DNA of 64,000 nucleotides from Batkoa obscura (GCA_030770535.1 JASVEC010000002.1:1736001-1800000), one strand, 5' to 3'; positions 13,058 to 25,937 are shown, counted from the stretch's first letter. Notes: generated by a model from the sequence alone, not told the origin. Numbers and translations: made by a program.

Positions 13058-14472
13058 ATGAATACATTGGATCACCAACAATTTTTACAAATGGAGAAGG
13101 CGTTTATTATGGTAATATTTTAATAAATGTAAATAAGTTGAATTTAATTGTAGTAGGCCCCTTTTGAACTAATGAGAAAGAATACAGACGCGCAATTCAG
13201 ATTAGTAAAAACTAGAACCCAAAACATTAAAGATAATTTTAATAGATTAAAAGAAATTCAAACAGATCAAAAATTATCTACCCAAGAGAAAGTAGAAAAA
13301 TACGATAAGATTATTAACTATATAAACGAGCTAAAAGATAAAGTAATATCTAAGGTATTTGAAGTTGTTTTTATTAAATTGTTTTAGATAAATTCTTCTC
13401 ATAATAAAGAAAAGGAGTTGATATCCGGTTTGTATGAAAGAACCCAAGCAATAAACGAACTTGGAGCTATTAATAATATGAATGATCCAAAGTTTTCTGG
13501 TTGGTCATTAAAAAGATTAAATAGAGTGGTGTTAGATTATCTATTAAGAAATGGTTTCATTAAGACCGCGAGAGAATTTTCAAGCAATACTGATTTAAAT
13601 GTAAGCATATAATTAATTCACTAAAAGATAATTTAAATGTTATTAGAAAATTGCCGACTTTGATTTGTTTGAACAAATTTTAAAAGTAGAGGAAGCTTTG
13701 AAGAAACATAGTTGTAGAGCGGCTTTAGCTTGGTGTAATGAAAATAAAAAAGGACTACAAAAACTAGAGGTAATCGGATTTATTAAAATCAGACTAAAAT
13801 TAAAATGATTCAAGTCATCTTTTGAATTTCATCTAAGACTTCAAGAATTTGTTGAATTAGCTAGAGCTCAAAAACATATGGATGCTTTGGCATATTTGAA
13901 AAAGTATATGACCCCTTATTTAAATGAAAAACAAGAGGAGGTTGAACAATATTTTGGTATCTTAGCTTTCCCAAATGATACGGAGTGTTACCCTTATAAA
14001 GCTATCTATTCTATAGATAGATGGAACGATTTGATTAAAGAATTCCGTAATGATTGTTATAATTTACATTCCTTACCTGAGCAACCACCTTTAATCATTT
14101 CTTTGAAAGCTGGCCTTGCATCTTTAAAGACACCATATTGCCTTGATACCAAAACTCAAAACCCAGATTGTCCATGTTGTCAAGTAGATACCTTTGGAAA
14201 AATAGCCGAAACCCTTCCATTTGCACATTTTACAAATTCAACATTAAAATGTAACATTACTAATACGCTTATGGATGAGCATAACATTCCAATGGTATTA
14301 CCAAACGGTAAAGTTTATTCAAAAAAGGTAATTATATATATGAGCATATTATTATATATTAAATAAAATCTAGGCAATTGATGAACAAAAAGAAATCAAT
14401 CATTCATTCGTTTGTCCAGAAACTAAAGAATCGTTTAGCTTTGATTCTATCAAAAAAGTGTATATTTCTTAG
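13058..14472 (+). CDS. FYV10: GID/CTLH complex subunit Fyv10/Gid9 (MAEA homolog), multi-exon
   Basis: LisH RLNRVVLDYLLRNGFIKTA; CTLH ALAWCNENKKGL..FEFHLRLQEFVEL; LKAGLASLKTPYC; CPCC; MDEHNIPMVLPNGKVYS; C-terminus CPETKESF..KKVYIS*. Confidence 0.9.
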
Positions 14473-14707
14473 ATATCTAAGTTCTATTTATTTAATTCCT
14501 TCTTTGATGTGACTTTATTTCGGTTATTTACATTGCTTTTAAATTTATTCACTTATTTTTGTAAAAATAAATATTGAATAGATGTTGAGTTTCAATTAGA
14601 TTTATCTATAAAGTTGTCTCAGTTTATATATAAGTAAGTTTTATATTGTAAAGCATTAACGATGAAGAGCTTTTTGTTATAAAAACTATGAATATAATAG
14701 TATATAT

Positions 14708-14804
14708 GGAGGCGTTTTTTGACTTCATTACTTTCTCTATTTTTCAAGCGCTATTTGAGCGGAAAAATTGTTAACAAAATTGTTAAACACAAAAATATAT
14801 ACCC
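14708..14804 (+). mobile_element. MITE family A copy
   Basis: Consensus match; ATAT target duplication. Confidence 0.8.
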
Positions 14805-15005
14805 ATATCTTAAACATACTCTTCAAACAAACTAAATTCGAATAGTAGCTTATAAATATTTTAAAATGTAAATTGTTGCTTTTTCCATAGAGGATAATAT
14901 AAATTATTTAGCAAGAGATAAAACTGAGTTAAATAAAAGCTAATTAAATAAAAACTGAATCAACAAAATAAATTTACTTTAAAAACATAAGAATTGAAAG
15001 TAAAT

Positions 15006-15275
15006 TGGAATGTCTTTTACCTATTACCCTTTTTTATTATTTTTAAATTTAGAAATTGACTAACTAGTATACTGTTCAAACTTAATGTGTGTTAGTAAGT
15101 GATGAATTTTATAACCACTTATTTGTTTCATTATGCTGATTTGAGACTTATTAGTTTAATTTTTATTTCAAAATGAACAGTTAACTATCATAACATTAAG
15201 TTTGAACAGTATACCAGTTAATCAATTTCTAAATTCAAAAATAGCAAAAGGGCATAATTGGTAAAAAACATCCCT
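15006..15275. mobile_element. 270-bp foldback MITE (family B) with ~85-bp imperfect terminal inverted repeats
   Basis: AGAAATTGACTAACTAGTATACTGTTCAAACTTAATGT pairs with ACATTAAGTTTGAACAGTATACCAGTTAATCAATTTCT. Ends are TGGAATGTCTTTT / AAAAAACATCCCT, with AAAT on both flanks. Confidence 0.7.
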
Positions 15276-15313
15276 AAATTATGCAGCTCTATTCTTGAGC
15301 TTTAAAAAGATAT

Positions 15314-15409
15314 GGAGAGATGTATTTTTGTTTAAGAATTCTATTTACAATCTTTTTGCTCAAATAACACTTAAAAAATGGAAAAATGATGAAATAAAAA
15401 AACATCCCC
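15314..15409 (-). mobile_element. MITE family A copy
   Basis: Reverse consensus match. Confidence 0.75.
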
Positions 15410-16173
15410 AATAATTAAGCTTATTTCCTACATTTAAAATTTAAATGTTTTGAAATATTTCAAATTCTAATTTATAGTAAACATTTAATATGATAAACAG
15501 CAAAAAGGATCGCACTTATACATACCCAATACTAAATATGTACGTATAGTTTAATTTTAAAAATTTAAATAATTCAAGTTATTAAAAACTTGAAATTAAC
15601 AGGTCACTCTTATCGAATTAACTAAGCAGTTAATAAAAATAAAAGTGAAGAATATAATATCATAAATGCATATTATTGTTATACTATAAAAATGAATAAT
15701 ATTAGTTATTGAAGCCATGCTATAAAAATATTGGTAAATAACGATAACAAACAATATAAAATGGCCTCTCATTTTTGGATTTAATTAAACTTAATGTTGA
15801 TTATTAAAAATAGTGGTTATATAGTATCTTATAATATCAATTAGTTTAAAGTTAATATTTTCAAACTGGAATTTAATAGGCTAAAATTAGAAGTCATAAG
15901 CCAATAATTGGAAATGACCAAGGGATTTTACAAAGATAAAAATCAAATGGAGATTTTGGCCTTTGCCAATCAACTTGAAATTCCCTTGAAATTCTTACTA
16001 GAGCCAATAGTAACTTATCTAAGCTCGAATTATTGGAAGTTTAGTCATCCAATCAATGTTAAAGACTTACTTGACTTAATTTTGGTAGAATCCAAATTTT
16101 TAGAATTGTCTTGAATTCTATTTCCAAGAGTAGGGCTATTGCTTCAACTTCATAGTTATAAAACCTAGAAACA

Positions 16174-18923
16174 ATGCATAGAACCGAAGAAGATCTCGAT
16201 GATATATGTCCCGTTTGCGATTCTACATGCACTTGTGTACCTGGTAAGTTGGATTTTAATCAAAAATGCCATTAACCGATTTTTTATAAATTTAATTTTA
16301 ATTATATAAATATTCACTAAATATAAATTTAATAGAATCTAGCCAGGAAGATAGTGAAATAGATGTAGATGAAAACAATCATAATTATCATATAGATATA
16401 GATGATTCAGATGATGAATCAATAAATATAAATCAACCTCTTTCAACAAATAGACCGAGAACTGGAGGCAAAGACATCTGGGTACAAAAATATCTAGAAA
16501 CTCAACATAGAAAACAAAGCGTAGATTCGAATTCAGATTCATTCAATAACTATATAGATGTTAGCACTAGCCCTTTGACTTCGCCAATATTCGGGTATCA
16601 AAATAAACCAGAGAATGATTTTAAATCTAGTTACAGGATAACAAGAAGTTCTTCTATTTCATCCATTGGCTCTTCAGTCAACCTAGTATCTTCTAAAGGT
16701 AATAGAAAGAAGAGCTCTAGCGCTGAAACTACACCCACTAAGAGAGGAAGATCCCATGGAAGAGGAGGCAAAAGTAAAGTTATGAGCTCAAGAGTACCAA
16801 AAACAAATCAGCGTAGAAGAAGTTCACTATCTTCCTCCCCAATTTATTCCACTCCGGGACCGAAAAGTTACAGAAGGAATTCCAATAGCATTCAAGTAGT
16901 TGGAACTACCCTTTCTCCAGTATCCGAAAAGGAAGATATAATTAGTGATATTGATTCAATGCGATCAGCTGATTCTGATATTGAATCCACGCCTATCATA
17001 ATTGAACACAGTATTTTGAATGAAAATATCTCAGATATGGAGGATCTCTCAATTGAGGGTTCTGACAACGAAGGTTGCTATTACAATAGCGATATTAGTC
17101 ATGACATTAATACTACATTTAAAAGCTCATCTTCACACCATCAATTAAGTGAAATTGGATTTGAATCTTTTGACGAATTAGAGTCAGAAGATAATCTAAA
17201 GATAAGACAGTTAGAAGAAGATTATTTGATACAAAAAGTTATGGCTGGAGATCATAGTTGGGATTCACAATTGGAGGACTTTGATTCTATTGGTTCCGAT
17301 TTGGAAGATGATGCGACTAAAGAGGGTAATGGTAATTACTCGATTCAAGAACAAGAAGAAGGCGACTCCTTTTTGGCACCAAATCATCCATGGTATCAAC
17401 ATAGACCAGTATATTTATCAGATCTACTTGATGAACCACCTCGTAAATGTCCCACACTCACCTTTGATATTGACTCAAATGTTGCACTTGAGTCCCCAAC
17501 TGAGCTAGATGGAATCGAAAGCAGCCCTGAGGTAAATGAAGAAATGGGCAACTCAATCCTCCCACCTGTGTTTAAAGGAAATGCCAAAAGCAACTTACTC
17601 TTTGCAGATCAATTACATAAAAACAAAATTTATATGGAAGAAAACCATTCTTTATTGAGTGCTGAGTCTAACATCAATCTCCCAAATTCATCCACTTTTA
17701 AGCCATTGTCCAGCATTCCACTTCAAAGTAGACATCTTACATCCCGTCATAATCCTGGCCAATTACCTGATTGTATATCTACTGGATGGTCCGCGTTAGA
17801 CTCCAAATTAGTGTATGATTCTTTTAGATCATGCCCAGTTTCAGCTAATCCTTCTTTACCTAACTCACCACCACCTGAGCTTGTTGATCAGGATTTAATA
17901 GCCTTATCTAAATTTTCTACCGATCAAATTACTAAATTGATGAGCTTTGATACAATGTCTGAAGGAGACAAATGTAGTCAAATAGCTATTGATGAAGTTT
18001 TGGATATTGATTTAGCTAGTAAATCGCCAGAAGTAAAGCCACATAGAAACGGACTAGAGTCACGTTCGGCAGAAGCATTGGCTAGATGGGATCGATTTCC
18101 AGTTACTGCATTTCGACACCACTTAAACAATAATCAGTTTGATATGTCATCATTAAACTTGCCAAGAAATACATCAAGTTATTATGGAAAGACAATTCGC
18201 AGATATACAGTTTCACATACACCCAACTCAACTCCAATGTCTTCAAATACACCTATCTCTTCTAGAGCCACTTCACCAGATATTACTAAAATTTCTGATG
18301 GTATCAAAGCAATGACTCTTAACATTAATGATTCTTCACTTCCACCATCTTTTTTCATGCCAGCAATATTAGGAGCATCGCCAATTATACCCAAAGCAGT
18401 AGAAACTGAACCAGTACCTCCACTTGAAGAAGTAAAAGAAAAAGAAAAAGAAAAAGAAAAAGTAAGAAGTAAACAAGAAGTAGTGAAATCCATATTAAAA
18501 GGAAACAATAAGAATCGCAATACAAAAAATAAAAGTGGGATAAAAACGAGCAAAAACAGAGTTCGATTTTTTACTACAGTTGATGAGTATGGACAAAGCT
18601 ATTGTGATGAGCTTTTATTAGATAATAAACCGTTTTCAATTCAATTACTTAAGCTTAATAAACGAGAAACAAGTAAAAAGGGAAATTCTCGATATAATAA
18701 GAATGTTAAAAATAATGGTGGAAATCATTGGAAAGGATACAATAATAGCAATAATAAAAAAAGTGATAAAAAGAGTCAAAATGGGTTTATTCGAAGGGTT
18801 CATAGAGTTTGTAATAGAAGGTTTAATTTAGTTAACTCTAAAAAACAAAAGCATAATGCTAATTCAAAGCTTCGGGATAGAGCTAGATCGGAAAAGTATG
18901 GACATTTACTTCAGCCTTTTTAA
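16174..18923 (+). CDS. Large Ser-rich/acidic, probably disordered protein with an N-terminal CPVC-x3-C-x-C motif; function unknown
   Basis: Exon 16174-16243 (MHRTEEDLDDICPVCDSTCTCVP), then a GTAAGT..AATAG intron at 16244-16335, then an open frame continuous with the 16575..18923 ORF. Acidic middle region, a LARWDRFPVTAFR block and a basic C-terminus. Confidence 0.75.
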
Positions 18924-19268
18924 CTAGTTTAACGTACTTTTATTTAACTTCACTTTTCTCCAATACCTTCTTACCTTTGGTATAATATTCCCTATTTGGA
19001 GATTACTGGGTTTCTATTTAAAATATATAGAGTTGCATATAATTTTTATAAAGATTATTTTATTTAAATTTTATCTTAAAATTATTGAAAAAAACATAAT
19101 ACTTTATATTATTTTATAATTTACATAAACAATTTCAAGTGTTTGCTACTTTGAATATTGGATATAAGATAAAATATATGCTAAAAACAAATCGCTATTA
19201 TAGCCAGATGCTTTTAGTATACAACATGGCTATGAATATTCTTTTTAATACTATTAGTTTATTAATAT

Positions 19269-19365
19269 GGGGATGTTTTTTTGTTTTCATTACTTTTTCC
19301 ATTTTTGAGTACTATTTGAGTGGAAAGATTGTTAATAAAATTCTTAAACGAAAAAATACATCCTC
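19269..19365 (+). mobile_element. MITE family A copy
   Basis: Consensus match; ATAT target duplication. Confidence 0.85.
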
Positions 19366-20479
19366 ATATAGTATTCTAATATAGTGTTTCTAATTTATAA
19401 ACTGTCAAAAATAAAATAGCCAATAGATTTATAGATATATATAAAAATGTTTGAAAAATTTATAGACTGCTTAAAAATATTTGGTATAACTGATGGCTCA
19501 TTTTACTATTTTATACATTAAAATGGATATATTGTTATAATAAGCCAAAAGCAACAACCTATCTTCTTGTTTTAACAACCCATCTAAAAAAAATCAATTA
19601 AGTTTACATTTTGTTATAAACTTTATGGTGGGACAAATACAAATCTTTATTATATTTGCTATTTTTAATAGGCTATTAACCTACTTAACTAATATTATTT
19701 TGTGTTCAATAAATCTTTTTTAAGTGTATATCACATTGTATGATTAAAAAGCTCATTTTAATAGCAGCTATTTATTTATTGAGACGCCTAATGAAATCCA
19801 AATATTATTTTAACTTAGTTTAGAATTTGTATAATGCTCTTTACAATTTTAACGGCATATAGTGCACTCAAATTGATCATTTTATTTTATTTTTAGAAAA
19901 AAATTATTATCCTGGATTTCGGATTAACAGCTATAAATTACAAGTTTTAAAAATTCAACATTTAGCTTGGTAACTCTATTATTTAATAGATTTGTATATA
20001 TGATATATATAATTAATATCAATAGTAACATATATGTAATTATAAGCAAAGTTATAATAAGAGAAATTTATCTGTATCTGACAATATCATCAAAAATGTT
20101 TAAAAGGAGTAATTATTATATTGGACATGTATAAACTATCAAAATTATAAATAGGACTCAAATAATTGCAGAATCAACCAATCGGGGGCCAAGAAAACAA
20201 AAAAAAAGTCCAATTTACACCTACACTATTTGAATAAAAGCACGGAATAAATTAAAAGATCATTAAAATCGCACTCCGAGATTTAAAGAATAATTATAAA
20301 ATAAAGCAGTGAAAAAGTAGGTGAGACGCGGATTAAATTTTGAAGGAGAGAAATGAAAGATTTGACGTATTTGATAAAATGAAGAATATATAAAGAAACA
20401 AAATCCATGTCTAAAATCATTAAAAAAACATTTATTGTAAATATTTGTAAAGAACATTTTTTGTAAATTAACAGATAAA

Positions 20480-20926
20480 ATGAAATTGAACAGCATTGTT
20501 GGATTAACCTTATTAGCCGCTGGAAGCATTGAAAGTTTCAGTTTGATTAACAAAATCAAACACGTCTTTACCCGTGCAGCTGACAATAGCAAATGTTTGA
20601 TTGCTAATAACCAAAGCTATGGTTGGGCTCAAGTTTCTTCTGGCAAATATCCACCATGCTGGATTGAAAACGGTGGTAAATATGATTGCTATGACTACAA
20701 ATCAGGTACTCAATGCGATAACTGGAATGGTATGTTTGATCGCACAAAGCAAGGTAATGGTGGTAACAAACCACCTGCTGATAGCTGTAACAGAGGTAAT
20801 ATGGGTACTTTGTGTTATCCTGCCAAAGAAAGCTGTCCTAAATGCTGGCAAGAGAACGGTGGCAAATATGACTGTTATGATAAATCAGGAGGCAAATGTC
20901 CATGGGGCGGTATGATTGAAATTTAA
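20480..20926 (+). CDS. Secreted Cys/Trp-rich two-module protein (family member 4)
   Basis: Signal MKLNSIVGLTLLAAGSIES, then FSLINKIKHVFTR, then 4-Cys and 6-Cys modules collinear with member 2. Confidence 0.9.
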   Translation: MKLNSIVGLTLLAAGSIESFSLINKIKHVFTRAADNSKCLIANNQSYGWAQVSSGKYPPCWIENGGKYDCYDYKSGTQCDNWNGMFDRTKQGNGGNKPPADSCNRGNMGTLCYPAKESCPKCWQENGGKYDCYDKSGGKCPWGGMIEI

Positions 20927-20972
20927 AATTTTTTAAAATAAACACTATTTAAACTTAACATTCAAACTTTAT

Positions 20973-22860
20973 TTATCTACGATAATGTAATCTTTTAAAT
21001 GAAAAATATAGATAAAGGGTGTTATTAATAAAGGCCGATTTAAACCCTCTTTTGTGAGATAGCTCCCAATCTTTTTTAACAATTCTAAAACCCAAATCTT
21101 TATATGGTTCTTTAGCCTTAAATATAATAATTTGAGTATCTTCCGAGATTGGGTCGTCAATTAAATCATACGTTGGAGTGAAATTCTTTAATTCTGGATA
21201 ATAAATATGAAATTTATATCCTTGTACTGTTTTTGGTGGTGGATTATCTAAATCATAATGTGTCTGGTTATATTTGTTCCATTCATAGCCGACATTGACT
21301 CGATTAAAATACAAAGGCTTTTTTAATAAACCATCACCATTTACTGAAGCACTATTCTATAAAAACATAATCGTTATTATATTACATGTAAGTAGCTAAT
21401 AATTTACTCTAATAAAATCCAATTTTGCTTCAGCCGAAAAGATTTCTTCATCCTCATCTAACTCTTCTCCTCTTTTAATCTTACCTTCTCTTTCCTCGTT
21501 AAATAGCTTAGTTGCATATTGTTTAGCTTCTTCTATATTGACAGGGTTTTCTATTTCTTTAATTATTTCATTCTTTTTAATCATTCCATAATCACTGAGT
21601 TGTTTCAAGATTTCTTTACGCTTTTTTAACTACATGCAATATTAAATGCTAATATAAGATGCTAAATATTAAATATTACCAACTTCAACCTATCTTCTTG
21701 ATAATCAACGGTTTTAACATTACTATTCAAAGGTAGTAATTTAGGTTCCATTAACTCTTCATCGTAAATTACTTCTTGATTGGAGTTCTAAATGTACAAG
21801 CTATTAAATAATACTAAAATTGATGGTATATTACCTTTAAATTTAACTTATCGATTTTCATTTTTAGCAATTTTATATTTTCTTGTGCTAATTCAATCTG
21901 TTTATATTTTATAATATCAATCCATTTGTTTAAAACATTATTATGAGTGCTGTATAGTTCTTTCTAAAATACAAATATTGTCACACTTTTATAATAAAAT
22001 ACTACACTATATGTTACCTTTATTTTCCATATTTTGACTCTTTTTAAATTTAATTCCCAATAATCAATATCAATGGGCAGTTTGGAATTTAATTTTTGTT
22101 CAATTTTACCCTTTAAATTATTCAGTTGCTCCAAAGTTTTGTCTCTCATCATATTGTCAATTTGGTTTAATACTTCAATAGGGATACGTTCTTTTAAATA
22201 ATCAACGTTAATTAACTTTTCATTTATTAGATAGTTGACTTTATTCCAGTAATTTATTACTTCCTTTTCTTCTTCTAATTCCAAATAAATTTGACTGTCT
22301 TTTTTACATTCTCTTAACTCTTCTGTATCAATCTCTTCTATTAATTTATATGGTATTTCTAGCGGCATAACCTTATCTAATGCGGAAAACATATCATCAT
22401 TAATTTTCTCTTCTTTCAATAAGGGCACTATAATAGCTAAATAATCGATTGCTTTTGCTCTATTATTGTTAATCCTCAATTCTGCTCGTTTATTTAATTG
22501 ATCTAAATGAAACTTAATCTCTCTAGATTCCCAATCTCCTAAAGTTTCCAAATCCCTTTGCCTCTGCTGCTGGAGCCTCTCTTCTTCTCTTACTGCTCTC
22601 TCTCTTTCTCTCTGTTCTCTCCGCATTTTTAGTTTTTTTAATTCCATCTACTAAGTTAGAATTTATCATTCGAGATTTATTATTAATGTTACCTCTGCTT
22701 CTTCTCTATCCACTTCTCTTTTAGAATCTTTATCTTTTTTATGCCAATGAAACCCTACACTGCCATAGTCTTCTTTATCTAAATAATCAAAATCTATCCT
22801 TTTATCTTCCCCTCTTTCTCTGCTTGAACCTCTTCTCTTATTTTTTTCTCTTTGCCCCAT
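20973..22860 (-). CDS. Cactin (spliceosome-associated), multi-exon
   Basis: Mid-domain WESREIKFHLDQLNKRAELRINNNRAKAIDYL and IDIDYWE. C-terminal cactin domain YFNRVNVGYEWNKYNQTHYDLDNPPPKTVQGYKFHIYYPEL..WELSHKRGFKS. Confidence 0.93.
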
Positions 22861-23454
22861 TTTTTTGAAGAAATGTAATTTTAATATTATCAGTGGTTTT
22901 CGTTCAAGAAAGTAAAGGTAAAAAATTTAATTTATAAATTTGTAAATGAGGTTACTTTTTTAGAACCAATTGAATTTACAAGCTAAAATCTCACGGCTGG
23001 ATACAATTATACACTTGTAATAAAATACATGTAAGATTAAACTAAAGTTTATTGAAATAATTTAACACATTTTTTATTTTTAAATCAATTAAATTCTCTA
23101 TAATAGAATTTCCTTATATAAAAAGGTATATACAGATAATAACTATCATAAGTGATACTACTTGAGTAGAGATTCGGCTCATCTCAGAGTTAAAAGATGA
23201 GGAACCCTTAAATTACGTTTATAAGAAGCTTTTATATTATATTAAGATACTTTAATAAGATGATATCATTCATTAATAAATCTTTTAGTCAACAAGATTG
23301 TTTTCAACATCTGTTATTTTATAATATTAATATAAATAGAAAAACTCGAATAAGAACATCATTTTTATCACTAAGATTAAAAAACGTCAAAAGTGTTCAT
23401 TGAAAATAGTGTGTTTTTATTGTGAGCATAATAACAAGGCATAACATTTTATAT

Positions 23455-23733
23455 TTATTTTGTACGATCGAACATACCACCCCAGTTGTTACATTTCTTA
23501 GCATTCTTATCAACGTAATCATAGCAATCATATTTACCACCGTTTTCAATCCAGCATGGTGGATAGTTGCCAGAAGAAACCTGAGCCCAACCATAGCTTT
23601 GGTTATTGGCACGTAAACATTTATCTTTGCTTGGGCCACGTTTAAACATAGATTTAGCTTTGTTAAATAAAGAAAAAGACTCAACGGTAGTCAATGAAAG
23701 GAGAGCAACTAAAGCAACAGTATTGAATTTCAT
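23455..23733 (-). CDS. Secreted Cys/Trp-rich single-module protein (family member 5)
   Basis: Signal MKFNTVALVALLSLTTVES, then FSLFNKAKSMFKR, then one 4-Cys module ending CNNWGGMFDRTK. Confidence 0.88.
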   Translation of the reverse strand: MKFNTVALVALLSLTTVESFSLFNKAKSMFKRGPSKDKCLRANNQSYGWAQVSSGNYPPCWIENGGKYDCYDYVDKNAKKCNNWGGMFDRTK

Positions 23734-24356
23734 TTTTAAATATATAATTTACAGTTTTTTGCGATTTTATGCCTTTCCTATTTTCTTTTTATATACTTTT
23801 TCCTGCTTTTTCTCACCTCCCTTTTTTTCATATAGCGGAATTGAGTTTTTATTCCTCCGTTAACTTGATTAAAAATAAGTATATATTTTATGCTACTGTT
23901 TGATAATTTACTTTTAAGCTTGATTATTTGCTCTGAGATTCCGTAATGAAAAATCAAAGCAAAATAAAATTTCCGTCTAAATTTTTTGAAATAATTTAGA
24001 ACTTCATATCCTATTTTATTCTTTCTTTAAATAAAATCCTGCACCCTTTATTAATAAATTTATGTTATCTTCAAAAATAATATCACTTATACAACAGACA
24101 GTGCTATTTTTATAGTATAAGTAGCTTTATTTCGCCGTATCATTTTCTCCTTTTTTTAGATTTTATGTAAATCCTGTCTGTCACCTTTAAGAATAAGCCT
24201 ATTGTCTATTTTTTTAAAATATGTTTAATTCAAAAATTAATTTTTGAAGCTATCAAAGCGTTTAATCAACTACAATAACTTACAGATATTACACATAAGG
24301 ATAAAATAGAGAGTGAATTAGTAGTTTACTATAATTCTATATTTGAAATTTCATAT

Positions 24357-24452
24357 GGAGCTGTTTTTTTTAGTTTCATTATTTTTCCATTTTTTAAGCG
24401 CTATTTGAATGAAAAAACTGTTAGTAAAACCCTTAAACACAAATACATCCCC
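24357..24452 (+). mobile_element. MITE family A copy
   Basis: Consensus match; ATAT target duplication. Confidence 0.8.
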
Positions 24453-25013
24453 ATATGTTTACAACTAATATCGTTTTTAAGTGTAGAATATTTAAAAAAA
24501 ATTCAATAATCAAAAATCAAAGAATATAGGCAGGCTCGATGGGTTTTAAAAGTTACATAAATATCAAAATGTAAACTCAACATAAGTTCCATATTATTTA
24601 ATAATATTATCCCCTATTGTTTTATTAAAATAACAAAATACAATTGAGATTATTAAAGATTTGTTTAAGCATGTATCTAAAATAAATGTAAACTTTTATT
24701 AGATGCCCAGTTAGATATTTTCATAATCAAAATTAGTAAATTAAATGTAACCTATTAGCTAAAAATTAAAACCATCCTTGTAATTATTTTTTTTAACAAT
24801 TTTATAGATCATACTAGTATACAGTTTTAATTATAATGTAAGTGAGTTATTTTTTTATTGGGAAGTACTTTGACAATATGTTTAACTTTAAATAGTATTA
24901 AAGATTAGCCTTATATAACATTTTAAAAAACTTATAAATATATTTCATAATTAACCTGGATTAATTTATCCTATTTGTTTTGTCTTTAAATATTAAAAAT
25001 GAAACCAGAATAT

Positions 25014-25111
25014 GGGAATGTACTTTTTTGTTTAAGAATTTTACTAACAATCTTTCCACTCAAATAGCGCTTAAAAAACGTAAAAGTGATGATGAAATCA
25101 AAAACATTCCC
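25014..25111 (-). mobile_element. MITE family A copy
   Basis: Reverse consensus match; ATAT target duplication. Confidence 0.85.
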
Positions 25112-25184
25112 ATATGTAAAAGTATAAATTATTTTATCTGAATGCTTTGATGTAAATAAATAATAAATATTGAAAATTAAAATA

Positions 25185-25255
25185 TGTCATTGGGGGGAAT
25201 CGAACCCCCGCTATCGCGGCCACAACGCGGTGTACTACCACTATACTACAATGAC
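25185..25255 (-). tRNA. tRNA-His(GTG)
   Basis: Reverse complement GTCATTGTAGTATAGTGGTAGTACACCGCGTT GTG GCCGCGATAGCGGGGGTTCGATTCCCCCCAATGACA. Confidence 0.95.
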
Positions 25256-25730
25256 TTAATAAGCTATTTTACTTAAGCTATATAATACCTTATACTAACA
25301 AAGTCTGTATTGTTCCTTGATTAACTTTTCAATTTGTAAAACTGCTTTATATAACGTTACCCATGGTCAAAATTCAAAAGGTAGTTTAATAGTATTCAGC
25401 TCAAAGATTATTTTAAGCTATTATAATACCAACTAGAATCATATTTTTAAATAAAATTTTATTAGATTAAATATAAGTTTTATTATTTTAAAATAACTTG
25501 ATTAAATAATAACTATAAATATGAATTATTATTTGACTAACTTAATGATAAATAAATATTATAATATAATTAGTTAATTATACCAGTAACTATATTTTTG
25601 CAATTAATTTTATTATAGTTTATATCATATATTTAATTAATCTCAAATAATTTTATAGTTAAAATTATATATATTTATAAAATTATATATAACTAAGTCC
25701 TTTTTAAATTTTTTGTAAAAATGAAATTTC

Positions 25731-25783
25731 GATATTTTGATATTTTGATATTTTGATATTTTGATATTTTGATATTTTGATAT
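25731..25783. repeat. Tandem repeat (GATATTTT) x ~6.5
   Basis: Read directly from the sequence. Confidence 0.9.
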
Positions 25784-25937
25784 CTATACTTGATAATTAT
25801 ATAAGATTATAATTATAGTGTTTTATATATAGCATTTTAATATGATAACTTTTTTTTTCTAAATTTTACTATGTTTAATTTTAATAAGATTGGATTTATT
25901 TTTTATTATTTATATTATATATTAATAGAAACTATTT

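Noticed and set aside
19139..19384. Similar short ORFs at 19139..19384 and 25871..26116 (WGCFF.FITF..F..YLS.KIV.KILK)
   Set aside because: The shared peptide is just translation through MITE-A copies.
20926..20973. Very short gap between convergent genes (also 42928/42977) as antisense regulation
   Set aside because: Common in compact fungal genomes; nothing in the sequence singles these out.
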